Position numbers and translations under genes: made by a program
Virus record (IMG/VR): IMGVR_UViG_3300032254_000001
Span: 192,001-256,000 of that record
Direction: 5' to 3' (one strand)
Source: a virus
Lineage: Duplodnaviria; Caudoviricetes
DNA: 64,000 bases
In this document: positions 27,273 through 37,422 of the stretch, in pieces
How positions within the stretch are numbered: position 1 is the stretch's first letter
Layout of the letters: each line of letters begins with the position of its first letter
The notes under the pieces: generated by a model
What the model saw: only the letters and a program-made list of their open reading frames with translations
Told to the model about the DNA's origin: nothing
Database searches by the model: none

Positions 27273-29080
27273 TATTTCTTCTCGCCTCGGATACTAAACT
27301 CTTTATAAAGATCTAAGAAGCCATCAACACTTTCGTGTTCATTTTTAAAATAAGATTCTTCAACTTCTTCTTTCTTATCTTCATCTTCTTCTTTGTCATC
27401 TTCCTTGTCGTCTTTTTCCCAAGGCTTCTGCCATTCTTTCTTTTCTTCAGCTTCATCAACTTCTTCGTCGATAACTTCTTCTTCTTTCATTGCATCTTCG
27501 AACATGCCGTCTAACATTGATATTAATTCCGACATTGGATTGTCTCCGCCAGCTGCTGGTTTGTGCATACGCTTAGGCTTATTAAGGCCACCGCTTGTAC
27601 CATGTGTTACCATGTCTACACCAGCTTCTTTTTCATTTGGTGTGTTAGCATGTTCGATGTCACGCTCTTCGCCAATTGATTTTGCATTGTCAACGTAGTC
27701 TCTAACATCATCACCAAAGCGATCAAATAACCATTCACTTGGATCACCTGTACGTGCTTTCTGTGTACCATAAGGCATGTCTTCAATGCTGTAGTCCATA
27801 AGTGCTTCGTCAACTGCGTCATTACCGTTTGATAACCATTGCATTAAGTCTTCAGTACTGAACTGTGATAATATTTTATCTACGCCGTGGTCTTCGTTGC
27901 TAGCCATTGCTTGGGCACGTGTCATTGGAGTGTGTACTGGTATTTCGTTATCGTACAGCTCGTAATCATCATCGTCGTTGCCAAATTCAATTGCATCTAA
28001 GTCGGCGTTTGAAGGTTCAACATCGCCCCTTGGAGCAAAATCATCTTCATCGTCGTCTTCCATTTCGCTCATGCCGCAAGATGCATTTGCATTAAGCTCT
28101 TGTGGTTCTGCATCTGGTACTGGTAATTCTGTTGTTTGCATTGGCTCTGCTGGCATTTGCGCAGGTTCGCCTGTATCAATCATGCTAGCTTCATCGTCCA
28201 TGCTAGAATAGTCACCTGGGTTTAAACCTGCATTCTGCATCATTGCTGCTAACTCTTCGCCTGCACCTGGACCAACTGCTGTTACAGTAGTTGTATCATT
28301 TGCTGGGTTTTCTAAGTTAGTAGTCTGAGTCATTGTAATGTCTTCAGCTAGTAATGCATCGAAGTTAATGTTGAATTCTTCGTATACAGAGTTATTAGTA
28401 ATGTCTGCTGAAACAATGTCACTTAAATGTACTTTAACTGTCTTGCCGTCACAATCACGAACGACTGTGCCGTAATGTCCACTTGGACTACGGTTAATGA
28501 ATATGCCTCTGCGATCACCGTCTGGGTCTGAACAAATTTCAGGACTTAATACAACTGGTGTACCACGCTGTAAACGTTTACGGTGTGCTTCGTTTTCACT
28601 ATCGAAAGTTGAAAACTCTAAATCATCACCTTTGCTCATTGCTATTTCAGCACCTGGAGAAGCACCTAGCGAAAACTCGTCTAGCTTAGTTGACTCTCCT
28701 AATTCATCGTCATCGTCATCTGGGCTACCAATCATTTCGTCTGGATCATCACCGTCATGGCCCATTGCGCTAGACCATTCATCTTCATCAGACTCTTTAG
28801 ACTCTGTAGCAAAGCTGTTTTCGTCGTCGTCAACGCCCATAAATGCTGCGGCTGTTTCTTCATCGTCAAATTCTGTAGTGTTACCATCAGTTGTAACTTT
28901 TACTTTATTGCCCATGCTCTGTACTTTAGTTTGTGTTTCGCCTACACCTTGTGCTTGGCGTGACTTAACTCGTCCACTAATACGTTCTGCTGCGCCTTCT
29001 TCAACTGGTGTAAGTTTATCAGCAGCCGATTCAAGGTTGTCAAACGTCTCTAAAATGTTATAAAGTTTCATATCACTCAT
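27272..29080 (-). CDS. Very acidic low-complexity protein, probable prohead core/scaffold
   Basis: 602 aa dominated by D/E tracts, with many hydrophobic-X-E sites. Confidence 0.55.
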   Translation of the reverse strand: MSDMKLYNILETFDNLESAADKLTPVEEGAAERISGRVKSRQAQGVGETQTKVQSMGNKVKVTTDGNTTEFDDEETAAAFMGVDDDENSFATESKESDEDEWSSAMGHDGDDPDEMIGSPDDDDDELGESTKLDEFSLGASPGAEIAMSKGDDLEFSTFDSENEAHRKRLQRGTPVVLSPEICSDPDGDRRGIFINRSPSGHYGTVVRDCDGKTVKVHLSDIVSADITNNSVYEEFNINFDALLAEDITMTQTTNLENPANDTTTVTAVGPGAGEELAAMMQNAGLNPGDYSSMDDEASMIDTGEPAQMPAEPMQTTELPVPDAEPQELNANASCGMSEMEDDDEDDFAPRGDVEPSNADLDAIEFGNDDDDYELYDNEIPVHTPMTRAQAMASNEDHGVDKILSQFSTEDLMQWLSNGNDAVDEALMDYSIEDMPYGTQKARTGDPSEWLFDRFGDDVRDYVDNAKSIGEERDIEHANTPNEKEAGVDMVTHGTSGGLNKPKRMHKPAAGGDNPMSELISMLDGMFEDAMKEEEVIDEEVDEAEEKKEWQKPWEKDDKEDDKEEDEDKKEEVEESYFKNEHESVDGFLDLYKEFSIRGEKK

Positions 29081-29670
29081 TATATTATGTCCTTAATTTT
29101 TAAACGCTTGACCTTTGATAGTGGGCTATCTTTGTCTTCGTCTGTATCTGTTGAATATTGCGCTGCTGGTGTTGTTTCACCTGCTATTTCAAAGTCTGTG
29201 TCTGCTTCGCCTGCAAACTCTCTAGCTGCTGTTTCGTAGCTGTCTGCATATGCATCGCTAGCGTCTTTCTGCTCTGAGGTTTGATCTGGGTATTCAGGAG
29301 TTTCTAAACGTGTACCGTCTTCAACACCTTCTAACTCTTTAGTCATGCTATCGTTAAAATCTTTACAAAGCACAACTATCTTAGCTGGATCAATGCCACA
29401 CTGTTTAGCAAGTTCTGTGATTTGCTCTGCACTTCCCGGATAATTTAAAGTAACGTCAAATATATTAATCTCTTCGTTCTTTAAACCTGGAAAGCCGTGT
29501 GGGTCAGCTTGTATTGGGGTTTTCTTAGGCTTGGTGCAGTTATCTACATCAAACATATCCAATGCTGCTGCCAGCTTGTCGTAGTTCTCTTTAGGTAATT
29601 CGCCAGCAACTTTAATACGATAAACATATTGTTTAGCTGACGATGTAAAGTATTCATTTAGTGTTTTCAT
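29080..29670 (-). CDS. Hypothetical protein (possible head-associated)
   Basis: MKTLNEYF start; ATAAATA at 29699-29705. Confidence 0.65.
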   Translation of the reverse strand: MKTLNEYFTSSAKQYVYRIKVAGELPKENYDKLAAALDMFDVDNCTKPKKTPIQADPHGFPGLKNEEINIFDVTLNYPGSAEQITELAKQCGIDPAKIVVLCKDFNDSMTKELEGVEDGTRLETPEYPDQTSEQKDASDAYADSYETAAREFAGEADTDFEIAGETTPAAQYSTDTDEDKDSPLSKVKRLKIKDII

Positions 29671-29709
29671 AAAGTGTTTATCTCGCAATATTTTTATGTA
29701 TTTATCGAT

Positions 29710-30213
29710 TCAATCAGTTTTGTCTTGATCTTGTTTTGCTGCGTTCGCTTGCTTTAGTACTTCTGCAAGTAACTCATTTCGATCTAACATCTTGCCTTCC
29801 CCAGGTGTAGCATCTGGGTCACCGCTATCTTGATCTAGCTTTGCTTTCTTAAGCTGTAGGTCAAGCATCTTTAACTTTTTATTAATCTTAGCGTTTTTGG
29901 CTGTAATAGCGTGTCCTAGGAACTGACTTGCTGAGCCTAATATCTCGCTTGCCACTCTAGCTTCAACATTCATGCCCAAGTCCATAAGGTCCTTGTAGCT
30001 GTCAATAGCTAGCTGAGCTATATCGTCCATTTCCTTATCAGCTGCATCAAGCCCTTTAATAGCAGGCAACGCACTATCAATCTTTTCTAGATTGTGCATT
30101 GTTTCTTGTGTAACTATTTCAGTGGATGGTTGCTCAGGTTGAGCATCTTCACCGACATCATCTGTGTCAGTATCTTGTGGTAAATCGAATAACTCTGATA
30201 GTTTTTTTGTCAT
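29710..30213 (-). CDS. Probable terminase small subunit
   Basis: Helical 167 aa with a D..Y..L..LG..VE.R..E pattern and coiled-coil, like T4 gp16-type TerS; late-promoter leaderless start. Confidence 0.45.
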   Translation of the reverse strand: MTKKLSELFDLPQDTDTDDVGEDAQPEQPSTEIVTQETMHNLEKIDSALPAIKGLDAADKEMDDIAQLAIDSYKDLMDLGMNVEARVASEILGSASQFLGHAITAKNAKINKKLKMLDLQLKKAKLDQDSGDPDATPGEGKMLDRNELLAEVLKQANAAKQDQDKTD

Positions 30214-30258
30214 ACACGTATTTAGTCACAGACCAAAGTGTATAAGAATTAGGATAGG

Positions 30259-30711
30259 CTATCGTCTGCCCTTTTGTGCGAAAATGTCGTGTTCTGTAAT
30301 AACTCTGAATAAAATGCCTTGCTTACGTGCCCATTTTTCAGCCATTTGCCATTTAGCCATATTCACTGCTACTGTTGCACGTTGATTTTGGTTCATGCCT
30401 TCCTTTAAAGCACTTTGATTAGCTGGCTTAATTTCAATTAATTCAGTTATAATTTTATTGTTTTTGGTTCTGTATCGTATCAGGAAATCAGGTACGTATG
30501 TTGTTTGCTTACCTGTAATTGGATGTCTGTACGGTATACGAACTGCTTCGCTAGCCCATTCAAGTATGTGATCATTGGTGTCACAAAAAATACAAAAGTG
30601 ATTCTCCCAAGAGCTTCTATAAATTATTTTGCCCTTGCCGATATACTTGTCTGGATTGCGTGGAGTGTATACACCTTGTGAGAATTTAGAGCTGCCTCTG
30701 CGTCCTGCCAT
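30259..30711 (-). CDS. 4: Head completion nuclease (T4 gp4-like, TnsA-type PD-(D/E)XK)
   Basis: GVYTPRNPDKY, YRSSWE, WASE, IPY.HP, YVPDF, EIKP. Confidence 0.88.
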   Translation of the reverse strand: MAGRRGSSKFSQGVYTPRNPDKYIGKGKIIYRSSWENHFCIFCDTNDHILEWASEAVRIPYRHPITGKQTTYVPDFLIRYRTKNNKIITELIEIKPANQSALKEGMNQNQRATVAVNMAKWQMAEKWARKQGILFRVITEHDIFAQKGRR

Positions 30712-30713
30712 GT

Positions 30714-31085
30714 TTAACTCAATACATTTCGACCAGCATAATAATTTGGTCTAATAGGATTTTGCACACCGTACATTGTCGACGGAGAATTAATACCGTT
30801 TAAGTAATACGCCATTGATGTATTCAACGTCATTTCACTTGTTACATCTAGTGATTCGAGAAGTGTAAGCACATTTAAGCTAGTAACTCGTGCTATTTTG
30901 TATAATGACTGCGTGAAGTTTAAAGCTGCGCCTTCATCTTTCATAACGCCAGTGAACACACTTAATACATGATCATATTCATTACCAACAGATGGCTGCG
31001 GCTGTGACTCACGATTAACTGCTCGTGTTATGTTAGCGTCCGAGTACTGCGTGTCGTTTATTGTGTTTCTATTATTACTAGCCAT
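30714..31085 (-). CDS. Hypothetical protein (tail/baseplate region)
   Basis: 123 aa within the tail operon. Confidence 0.65.
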   Translation of the reverse strand: MASNNRNTINDTQYSDANITRAVNRESQPQPSVGNEYDHVLSVFTGVMKDEGAALNFTQSLYKIARVTSLNVLTLLESLDVTSEMTLNTSMAYYLNGINSPSTMYGVQNPIRPNYYAGRNVLS

Positions 31086-31087
31086 TG

Positions 31088-32200
31088 TTACTCCGAAGAC
31101 TTAGTCGGCGATGCCGTTGTGTTCGTTACATTAGAGTTGTCGCCCGGTGAAGGGAAATTCAATAATCTATCCGGCGCTCTTAAAGTATCTAGTACTGAAC
31201 TAGTCGCGTCTTGAATAGTATCTGTTGTAACTACATTAGCTAAGTTCTCAGCACTACCAAATGTAGTTACAGAAGCGCCTGCTTTTTGTACTGCGCCTAA
31301 TATATTGCCACTAGCTAAGTCTGTTCCAACAGCGTCAAACGTATCAGTAATGCCGCCCTGACCGAATGTTGATGATGTACTACCTGGACCTAGTGCGCCT
31401 GGTTCTGTATCGTAACGATTTGCTTCACCAAAGCCTGGAATATTCTCACCGCCTGGGCCAACATCACCGAAGCCGTACTTAACAGCTTCGTACTGAATTT
31501 GCATCTCATGTTCCATCACACCAGCGGATTCCGCATAATCATATGTGTCGTGACGCCACGACGTTATAACAGGATTAATTAATGTATACGAAGTGTACTT
31601 GCCGCCTGACATACCATATACTGTTATGTCTTTAAAGAACGCAGGTTTAGCACCTTGATCTGCATTTGATGAAATTGTCTTACCCCAGCCTGCTGCTTGA
31701 CGTGACCTTGTAGGACTGTAAATATCGCGACTATTGTAAGTTGTTTTACCGGTTGTATTTTGTTCAGGTGCACCTTCACTATAATGATAAGATGAATCTG
31801 CAAAATAATATGTGTAGTAACTATTCCATAATGCTAGAACATTGTTAGAGCTATCATCATGTAGTTTTATAGTTACTGGTTCATAATTAATTCTATTATG
31901 AACTAATCGCTTTCTGTTGTACTGGACGTATTCGCCTGTGTCCAATTTAAATGAAGGTAATTGTATTGTCTTAACCAGAGCACCAATAAGACCTTTGTCA
32001 GTTGACAAAACATGGCCTGGATTAGTAGGACTAAAGTAAACATGAAAAAGGAATTTTTGCTTTGGTGCTAACGCCATCCCGTCCGGGCGCATTAGCTTCG
32101 AAGCATGTGAATAATCCTTTTGTATATTGGTCCCAAAGAACCCGCCAGCTGCTTGACTAAGAAGCTTCGACGGGTCCGTTAGATCATCTAAGATGCTCAA
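31088..32200 (-). CDS. Tail-tube-fold protein (gp54/gp48-like baseplate-tube junction)
   Basis: PKQKFLFHVYF, IQLPSF...QYNRKR...YEPVTIKLHDD, INPVITSW; directly downstream of the tube gene. Confidence 0.6.
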   Translation of the reverse strand: MSILDDLTDPSKLLSQAAGGFFGTNIQKDYSHASKLMRPDGMALAPKQKFLFHVYFSPTNPGHVLSTDKGLIGALVKTIQLPSFKLDTGEYVQYNRKRLVHNRINYEPVTIKLHDDSSNNVLALWNSYYTYYFADSSYHYSEGAPEQNTTGKTTYNSRDIYSPTRSRQAAGWGKTISSNADQGAKPAFFKDITVYGMSGGKYTSYTLINPVITSWRHDTYDYAESAGVMEHEMQIQYEAVKYGFGDVGPGGENIPGFGEANRYDTEPGALGPGSTSSTFGQGGITDTFDAVGTDLASGNILGAVQKAGASVTTFGSAENLANVVTTDTIQDATSSVLDTLRAPDRLLNFPSPGDNSNVTNTTASPTKSSE

Positions 32201-32206
32201 TGTCTA

Positions 32207-32824
32207 TTAACCTGTAGTGTTAAGACCTAAAGTACGACCAACATCTGCACCAATACCACTTTCTAATGGAGTCTGTACTGCATTATCAAATGTGATTGTT
32301 AACGCTAATGTTGCTGGATCGTTTGATGTATAATCTACATCACCGTAGTTAACGCCTTGTAGGTAGCAACCGTATATTTCCCAAGTTTCAAGAACGTTGG
32401 CTTCGTGTGCTCCGTTACCACCGTCTAACATTTCTAAACGTGTAGTAAATTTGTAATCGATACCTGAAGCTGCTGATGCTTGCTCCATGAAATCGAATTG
32501 CTTCTGCATTTGCTCACCAACTAGTTTAGCAACTGCGCCTGAGGCATCATCACGTAACGTACATGTTACATCAGCCCAACTTGGCTTACCAGCTAATTTA
32601 ATTTTTGAGTTGTATACGTCGATTACAATTGGTTCGAACGAAGGATTCGGACGTGCAAAGTTCATAACTTGTTTAGTTAATTCTGTACGCGGAGTCGAAA
32701 CACCTAGGTTTTCAAAAATAACGCGAAAACGATATTTTAATTTAGGCATTAACAAGCCTTGGCTTGTTGCACTCTGATCACTTGCTAACGGCGTGGTCAT
32801 TCTTGTTAAAGATGAAACTGACAT
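32207..32824 (-). CDS. 19: Tail tube protein (T4 gp19-like)
   Basis: PKLKYRFRV, RPNPSF, LAGKPSWADVTCTLRDD, WEIYGCY; follows the sheath gene; strong SD. Confidence 0.85.
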   Translation of the reverse strand: MSVSSLTRMTTPLASDQSATSQGLLMPKLKYRFRVIFENLGVSTPRTELTKQVMNFARPNPSFEPIVIDVYNSKIKLAGKPSWADVTCTLRDDASGAVAKLVGEQMQKQFDFMEQASAASGIDYKFTTRLEMLDGGNGAHEANVLETWEIYGCYLQGVNYGDVDYTSNDPATLALTITFDNAVQTPLESGIGADVGRTLGLNTTG

Positions 32825-32895
32825 TTTATTTGTCTCCTGTTATATAATTCTTACTGTTATTTATCCTTTTATCATCGTGAAAAAATCGCCAAAAT

Positions 32896-32917
32896 AAAAG
32901 GGCCGTTAAGCCCTTTT
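32896..32917 (-). terminator. Terminator hairpin between sheath and tube genes
   Basis: AAAAGGGC-6nt-GCCCTTTT; the tube gene has its own ATAAATA at 32858-32864. Confidence 0.75.
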
Positions 32918-32938
32918 AAATGTACAGCTCAAAAGTTA

Positions 32939-35900
32939 TTAACCGCCGCTAATTTCACCAGTGTTCTTAATTCTAACAGGAACATAAATAAATTCGCTTG
33001 CTTTAACTGGTTCTATTGCTATATCAACCCAAAGTTCGTTTCGATCAATACGATCATTAGTGTTGTTGCTCTTATCACATACAACAATGTAATCGTAAAT
33101 ACCACGTTTTGAAATTAAGTCATTAAGCATACGCTCCATTTGACCTTTGATTTCATCACGTGTTAACTTGTCGTTTGGTTCAAATACAAACTGCTTACCT
33201 AATGCATCAGCTTGTACACGAATGTGAGCAACCAAACGTGATACGTTAATACGATCTAACGCTGTTCCTGGCTTAGTAGTTTTGTTACCGTAGTTAACAA
33301 TACCTGCACCTGGAATGAATGTAATTGGGTTAACGTTGCTAGTGTACAGTACGTCGCGAATACCCTGGCGTGTTGCCATTTGCTGGAATTCACCTGTCTG
33401 TGCATCAATGTAACCAATTGCATTAACGTTATCAATTTGACCACGTCTAACACCAGCTGGAGCTAACCATGGGTATGATTGTTCGTCGCTGTGTATAATT
33501 GTACGTAGCATCATATGACTTGGTGGAACAACAATTGATGTACCTGATAAGTCATTAGTTCTACCCGATGGATAGAACACACCAAGGTATTCATCATTTG
33601 ATGCTAAGCCATCGCCAGTTGATGTGCCTAGTCCATCGTTGTTTGATGCCCATTCAACAAGTTCTGAACCTGTGTTAGGTAAACGTAATGGTGAATCACC
33701 AACAATAAATGCAGTGTTAGCACGTTCGTTATTTAATGCAACCATGTTAGGAATAAGTTCTGGATATCCCGGAGCTGCAATTAAGTTATACAGACGTTGT
33801 TCTTCACGTATGTCTGAGTTAGTATCAATTGCTGCTTTCATTGCTTCAACAACTAGTGCGCGTTGAGCTAAACGACCAAAGTTTGCACTTCCATCATCTT
33901 TAAGTCCTGATACTGTAACCCATGCATTTCTTTCTGTTGGAAGAACTGCTGAACCAAAGTCATCTGCGTTGAAATAGTTAACACGGAATTCTTTAACGTT
34001 ATAACCGCTTCTACGCATGTTGAATAATAACATACCGTCTGGGTATAAAGCTGGATCTGGCGCATCAATGTCTAAGTAATCGCTTGATAGTAAATCAGTA
34101 GTTGATGGCATGTCACCAGTAACTGGATCTGTGGTACCGTCTCCTGCCCAACGTGCGTCTGCAAATAATACACCGTCTGTTGTTGTTTGATCTGCATTGT
34201 CAATTAATACCCAACCATCAACTGCGTTCTGGTCTTGTTCCCAACGTCTTAGAACTGGATAGTTTTCTAAATCGCTTGTATCAATCCATAAGTCGCCATA
34301 CACCAATGGTGATGAATCTGACTGGAATTCAGGAGCTGTTGGTGAAACAGTTGGACCTGCTGGATCAGTTACTGATAAGTCTAGTCCACGGATATCGTTT
34401 GTAACATTCTTGTAGCCTTTCCAAGCACCACCATCGTGTATCATAATATCAATTTCGTCAATTACTGGGTAGTACCAACGTGTACCATTTAATGGATCTT
34501 GTCCTGGTACTGTAACATCTGCTGTGTAAGTTAATACATTCCAGTTACTTAAAACTAACTGACCTGCGTTATTGTTACGAACACTTTCTAATGCATTACT
34601 AATACCTGTTGCAGCAATCGCGCCACCTGCTGTATCTTCGAGAATAATAACACCACCACCTGTGTGTGAAATGTTTACTCGATTATTTGCAGTAACACTT
34701 GATGTAACGTTTGTAATACCTGCGGCAGTTAAGTCTGCAACAAAATCAGCTGGAGTAGTACCAGTCATTGTAACTGTTACCGCTGCTGTTAAAGCTGTGT
34801 CGTTTGTTACACTTGCTTGGATAGTAAACGCGTCGCCGCTATTAAATACTGGAGCTGTTGTAGCACCAGTAATTGATGTTTCGCCAAATGCACGTTCAAA
34901 GATTTTAAATGTGCCTGTGTTGTTTTCTTGTGTGTCGTACTGCACATATGTATCGCCAACTGCAATTGACTTACCACCAGTAGCTGGATCTAAGAACTTG
35001 TTAGCTGTTTGATCATTTGCATATACTGGAGCTGCTTGTTCAGCGAAAGTATCTGTTGATGAATTGTAACGTTTAATTACAATGTTTGTGCCTTCGTTAA
35101 CTGCTGTAGTCTTCTGCCATATTGAACCACTTGGGCGAGGAGTAACATCTGTTGCTCTCCAACGCGGAATGTTTACATGGCTTTCGTGTGCTACGATTGG
35201 ACCTGCATACGAACCTGCTGTAATACCAAGGTCAGCTAAGATAGTGCCAGTAGTACCATTTGCTAATGTTAATGTTACATCAATTGAACTGCTGTCTGAG
35301 CCTGCACCAGACTCGATGTAAAATTCGATTCTGTTGTTAACCTTTGCAGCGGTAACACCTGTGATACCTGCATTAGTGATATCAGTTACTAATGTATCAA
35401 TTGTAGTACCTGTACCAACAACTGTATTACCGTTGATAACAATGTCATCGCCGATGTTCAATGCCGGGCTAGTTTCTGTGCCAACTACTGTTGCAATACC
35501 TGCTTTCCAATCATCCGAACCGATAAGAACCCATTCGTTGTTATTGTTTTTCCAATATATTGGATTGTTGGCATTAGTTGTTACAATTGCATAAGAGTTA
35601 ATTGTACCAACACTTGCTAATGGAACGCCACCGACTGCTAATAAATCATCGTTGTCTGTGATAAGCATTGGAGTAATTAAGTTAAACGCATTCTGCGTTG
35701 AATTCCAAGCAAATAATCCATATGATGATTCTGCTAAATCAAACCAATAAGCGCCATTGTTTGGATCACCTTTCGGACGTGTTAGTTCAGCTTCTAGTTG
35801 AGTTAAGTCAACGTCAACACGCTGAATGTATGCTCTGTTAGTAGAACCCAAAACTGAGTATGCTGCCATTAATCCGTATTCGTTTAATTCATAACCGTTA

Positions 35901-36151
35901 ATGGCATCGCCACCTGCTGTTTTGTAAAACTCTGGATTACCAAACGTGTTCACAAGTTCACGCTGGCTAGTAATTAAATATATATCATCAACTGATGATG
36001 CTAGTGTACCTGGTGCAATTCCTGTGCCTGCTGGAGTTAATTTATTTTCCGCTGTGGCTAACAAGATGTACGGTACTGTATTCTGTCCTGCTGAAGAGTA
36101 CTGACTTTCGTCTATAATAGTTACTTCAACGCCCGGTGATACAAGTGCCAT
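32939..36151 (-). CDS. 18: Tail sheath protein (T4 gp18-like, enlarged to 1070 aa)
   Basis: SPGVEVTIIDES N-terminus; LIAAPGYP, VVPPS, WLAPAGVRRG, RDVLYTSNVNPI, LDRINVSRL, FEPND C-terminal motifs. Confidence 0.95.
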   Translation of the reverse strand: MALVSPGVEVTIIDESQYSSAGQNTVPYILLATAENKLTPAGTGIAPGTLASSVDDIYLITSQRELVNTFGNPEFYKTAGGDAINGYELNEYGLMAAYSVLGSTNRAYIQRVDVDLTQLEAELTRPKGDPNNGAYWFDLAESSYGLFAWNSTQNAFNLITPMLITDNDDLLAVGGVPLASVGTINSYAIVTTNANNPIYWKNNNNEWVLIGSDDWKAGIATVVGTETSPALNIGDDIVINGNTVVGTGTTIDTLVTDITNAGITGVTAAKVNNRIEFYIESGAGSDSSSIDVTLTLANGTTGTILADLGITAGSYAGPIVAHESHVNIPRWRATDVTPRPSGSIWQKTTAVNEGTNIVIKRYNSSTDTFAEQAAPVYANDQTANKFLDPATGGKSIAVGDTYVQYDTQENNTGTFKIFERAFGETSITGATTAPVFNSGDAFTIQASVTNDTALTAAVTVTMTGTTPADFVADLTAAGITNVTSSVTANNRVNISHTGGGVIILEDTAGGAIAATGISNALESVRNNNAGQLVLSNWNVLTYTADVTVPGQDPLNGTRWYYPVIDEIDIMIHDGGAWKGYKNVTNDIRGLDLSVTDPAGPTVSPTAPEFQSDSSPLVYGDLWIDTSDLENYPVLRRWEQDQNAVDGWVLIDNADQTTTDGVLFADARWAGDGTTDPVTGDMPSTTDLLSSDYLDIDAPDPALYPDGMLLFNMRRSGYNVKEFRVNYFNADDFGSAVLPTERNAWVTVSGLKDDGSANFGRLAQRALVVEAMKAAIDTNSDIREEQRLYNLIAAPGYPELIPNMVALNNERANTAFIVGDSPLRLPNTGSELVEWASNNDGLGTSTGDGLASNDEYLGVFYPSGRTNDLSGTSIVVPPSHMMLRTIIHSDEQSYPWLAPAGVRRGQIDNVNAIGYIDAQTGEFQQMATRQGIRDVLYTSNVNPITFIPGAGIVNYGNKTTKPGTALDRINVSRLVAHIRVQADALGKQFVFEPNDKLTRDEIKGQMERMLNDLISKRGIYDYIVVCDKSNNTNDRIDRNELWVDIAIEPVKASEFIYVPVRIKNTGEISGG

Positions 36152-36273
36152 TTTAAAATCTCCTATAAATGTAAGTTTATTTCTGTTACATCTATTTATT
36201 AGAAAACCCGGAATATAGGTGGTTAACGACGGTGGTTTTGAAACCTTTAAAGGACCGACTGCTAAATAAAGTT

Positions 36274-36624
36274 ATGAAAAGACCTATTTGTACTGCATGT
36301 AACCAACGTCATGCAGGAATAAACTATAAACGCAATGGGAAAACATACTATCGAAAGAAATGCGACACTTGTATAAGGGAGAGCCGTCAGGTTAGACCTG
36401 CTAAACCAAATTGGACCAAGTCCGGATACAAGAAAAAGATGCAATGTGACAAGTGTCACTTCAAAGCTAGGTGGGCAAAACAGATTATTGTGTTTTATGT
36501 TGATGGAGATTTGAACAACACCAAATTGAACAACTTAAAATCCATTTGTTTAAATTGTTCAATTGCTGTTGAAAAACAAGATATGCCTTGGGCTAAGGAC
36601 TTAGGGTTAAACGCTGATAATTAA
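36274..36624 (+). CDS. Zn-binding HNH-like protein (degenerate active site)
   Basis: Three CxxC pairs and CLNC; VFYVDGDLNNTKLNNL where HNH enzymes have xxHxDGxxxNNxxxNL; TAAATA 5 nt before ATG. Confidence 0.65.
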   Translation: MKRPICTACNQRHAGINYKRNGKTYYRKKCDTCIRESRQVRPAKPNWTKSGYKKKMQCDKCHFKARWAKQIIVFYVDGDLNNTKLNNLKSICLNCSIAVEKQDMPWAKDLGLNADN

Positions 36625-37142
36625 AGCTTAGTAATACCTAGCTGCTCTATTGATTTCTGTAGTACATCAATTTGGTTAACACAGTCAGCCAAAGCATTAT
36701 GGTTGTTACCAAGTGGCTTAGCACCTGTTAACTTGTATATAGTACGCGCATCCATAACCTGCCAGTATTTCCATGGGCAGCTAATACCGTATTGGCGCAT
36801 CGCATCTTCTAAAATTACCATATCAAAAGTAGTACCGTTAGCCCAGATGCGGCTATGCTTCCATGCTACTTTTGATAATTCCTTAAGACCTGTTTCAATA
36901 TCAACACGGTCTTCGCCGTCGCCTAGAGCTTCTTCCTGTGCATCTTCAGCTTGCTTACCCCACCATTCAACGGTATCATCGTTTACACTACGTTCGCTCT
37001 GAGAATCAATAGTTAAGCGTCTGTAATATGTTACGTCGGTGAATCTATCGCTAAAAGGATCAAAGCCCTGAGCACCTATTGTTAGTATAGTTGATGTAGG
37101 TGTGACATCAAGTGTTTCAATATCTATCATTAAATCTGACAT
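36621..37142 (-). CDS. DEDDh 3'-5' exonuclease (T4 DexA/Rv2179c-like)
   Basis: LMIDIETL, WANGTTFD, WKYWQVMDART, HNALAD; GAGGA SD before 37142. Confidence 0.85.
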   Translation of the reverse strand: MSDLMIDIETLDVTPTSTILTIGAQGFDPFSDRFTDVTYYRRLTIDSQSERSVNDDTVEWWGKQAEDAQEEALGDGEDRVDIETGLKELSKVAWKHSRIWANGTTFDMVILEDAMRQYGISCPWKYWQVMDARTIYKLTGAKPLGNNHNALADCVNQIDVLQKSIEQLGITKL

Positions 37143-37143
37143 G

Positions 37144-37416
37144 TTAATCCTCTGTTTTATTTCCCGGAAACTCAACTACATTATCTGTTGGCTTTGTAGG
37201 AGGTTCTTCCGTAGCTAAATCTTTCTTGTACACAAGATAAAAATTTAGTAAGATGCGTTGAGCTTCTGCTAACTCGTGACTTAAGTTTTGTATTTCATCC
37301 TCAGGAAGAGGAATATCCATTTTAAGCAGATCCAGCAAACCTTCGCATCGTCTGCGAGCGTCGTGGATTTTAATTTCTATATCGGTTAAGGTGTATTCGC
37401 CTGTTTCATAAGTCAT
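37144..37416 (-). CDS. Hypothetical protein
   Basis: 90 aa, own sigma70 promoter, NVVEFP tail. Confidence 0.65.
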   Translation of the reverse strand: MTYETGEYTLTDIEIKIHDARRRCEGLLDLLKMDIPLPEDEIQNLSHELAEAQRILLNFYLVYKKDLATEEPPTKPTDNVVEFPGNKTED

Positions 37417-37422
37417 AAGGAT

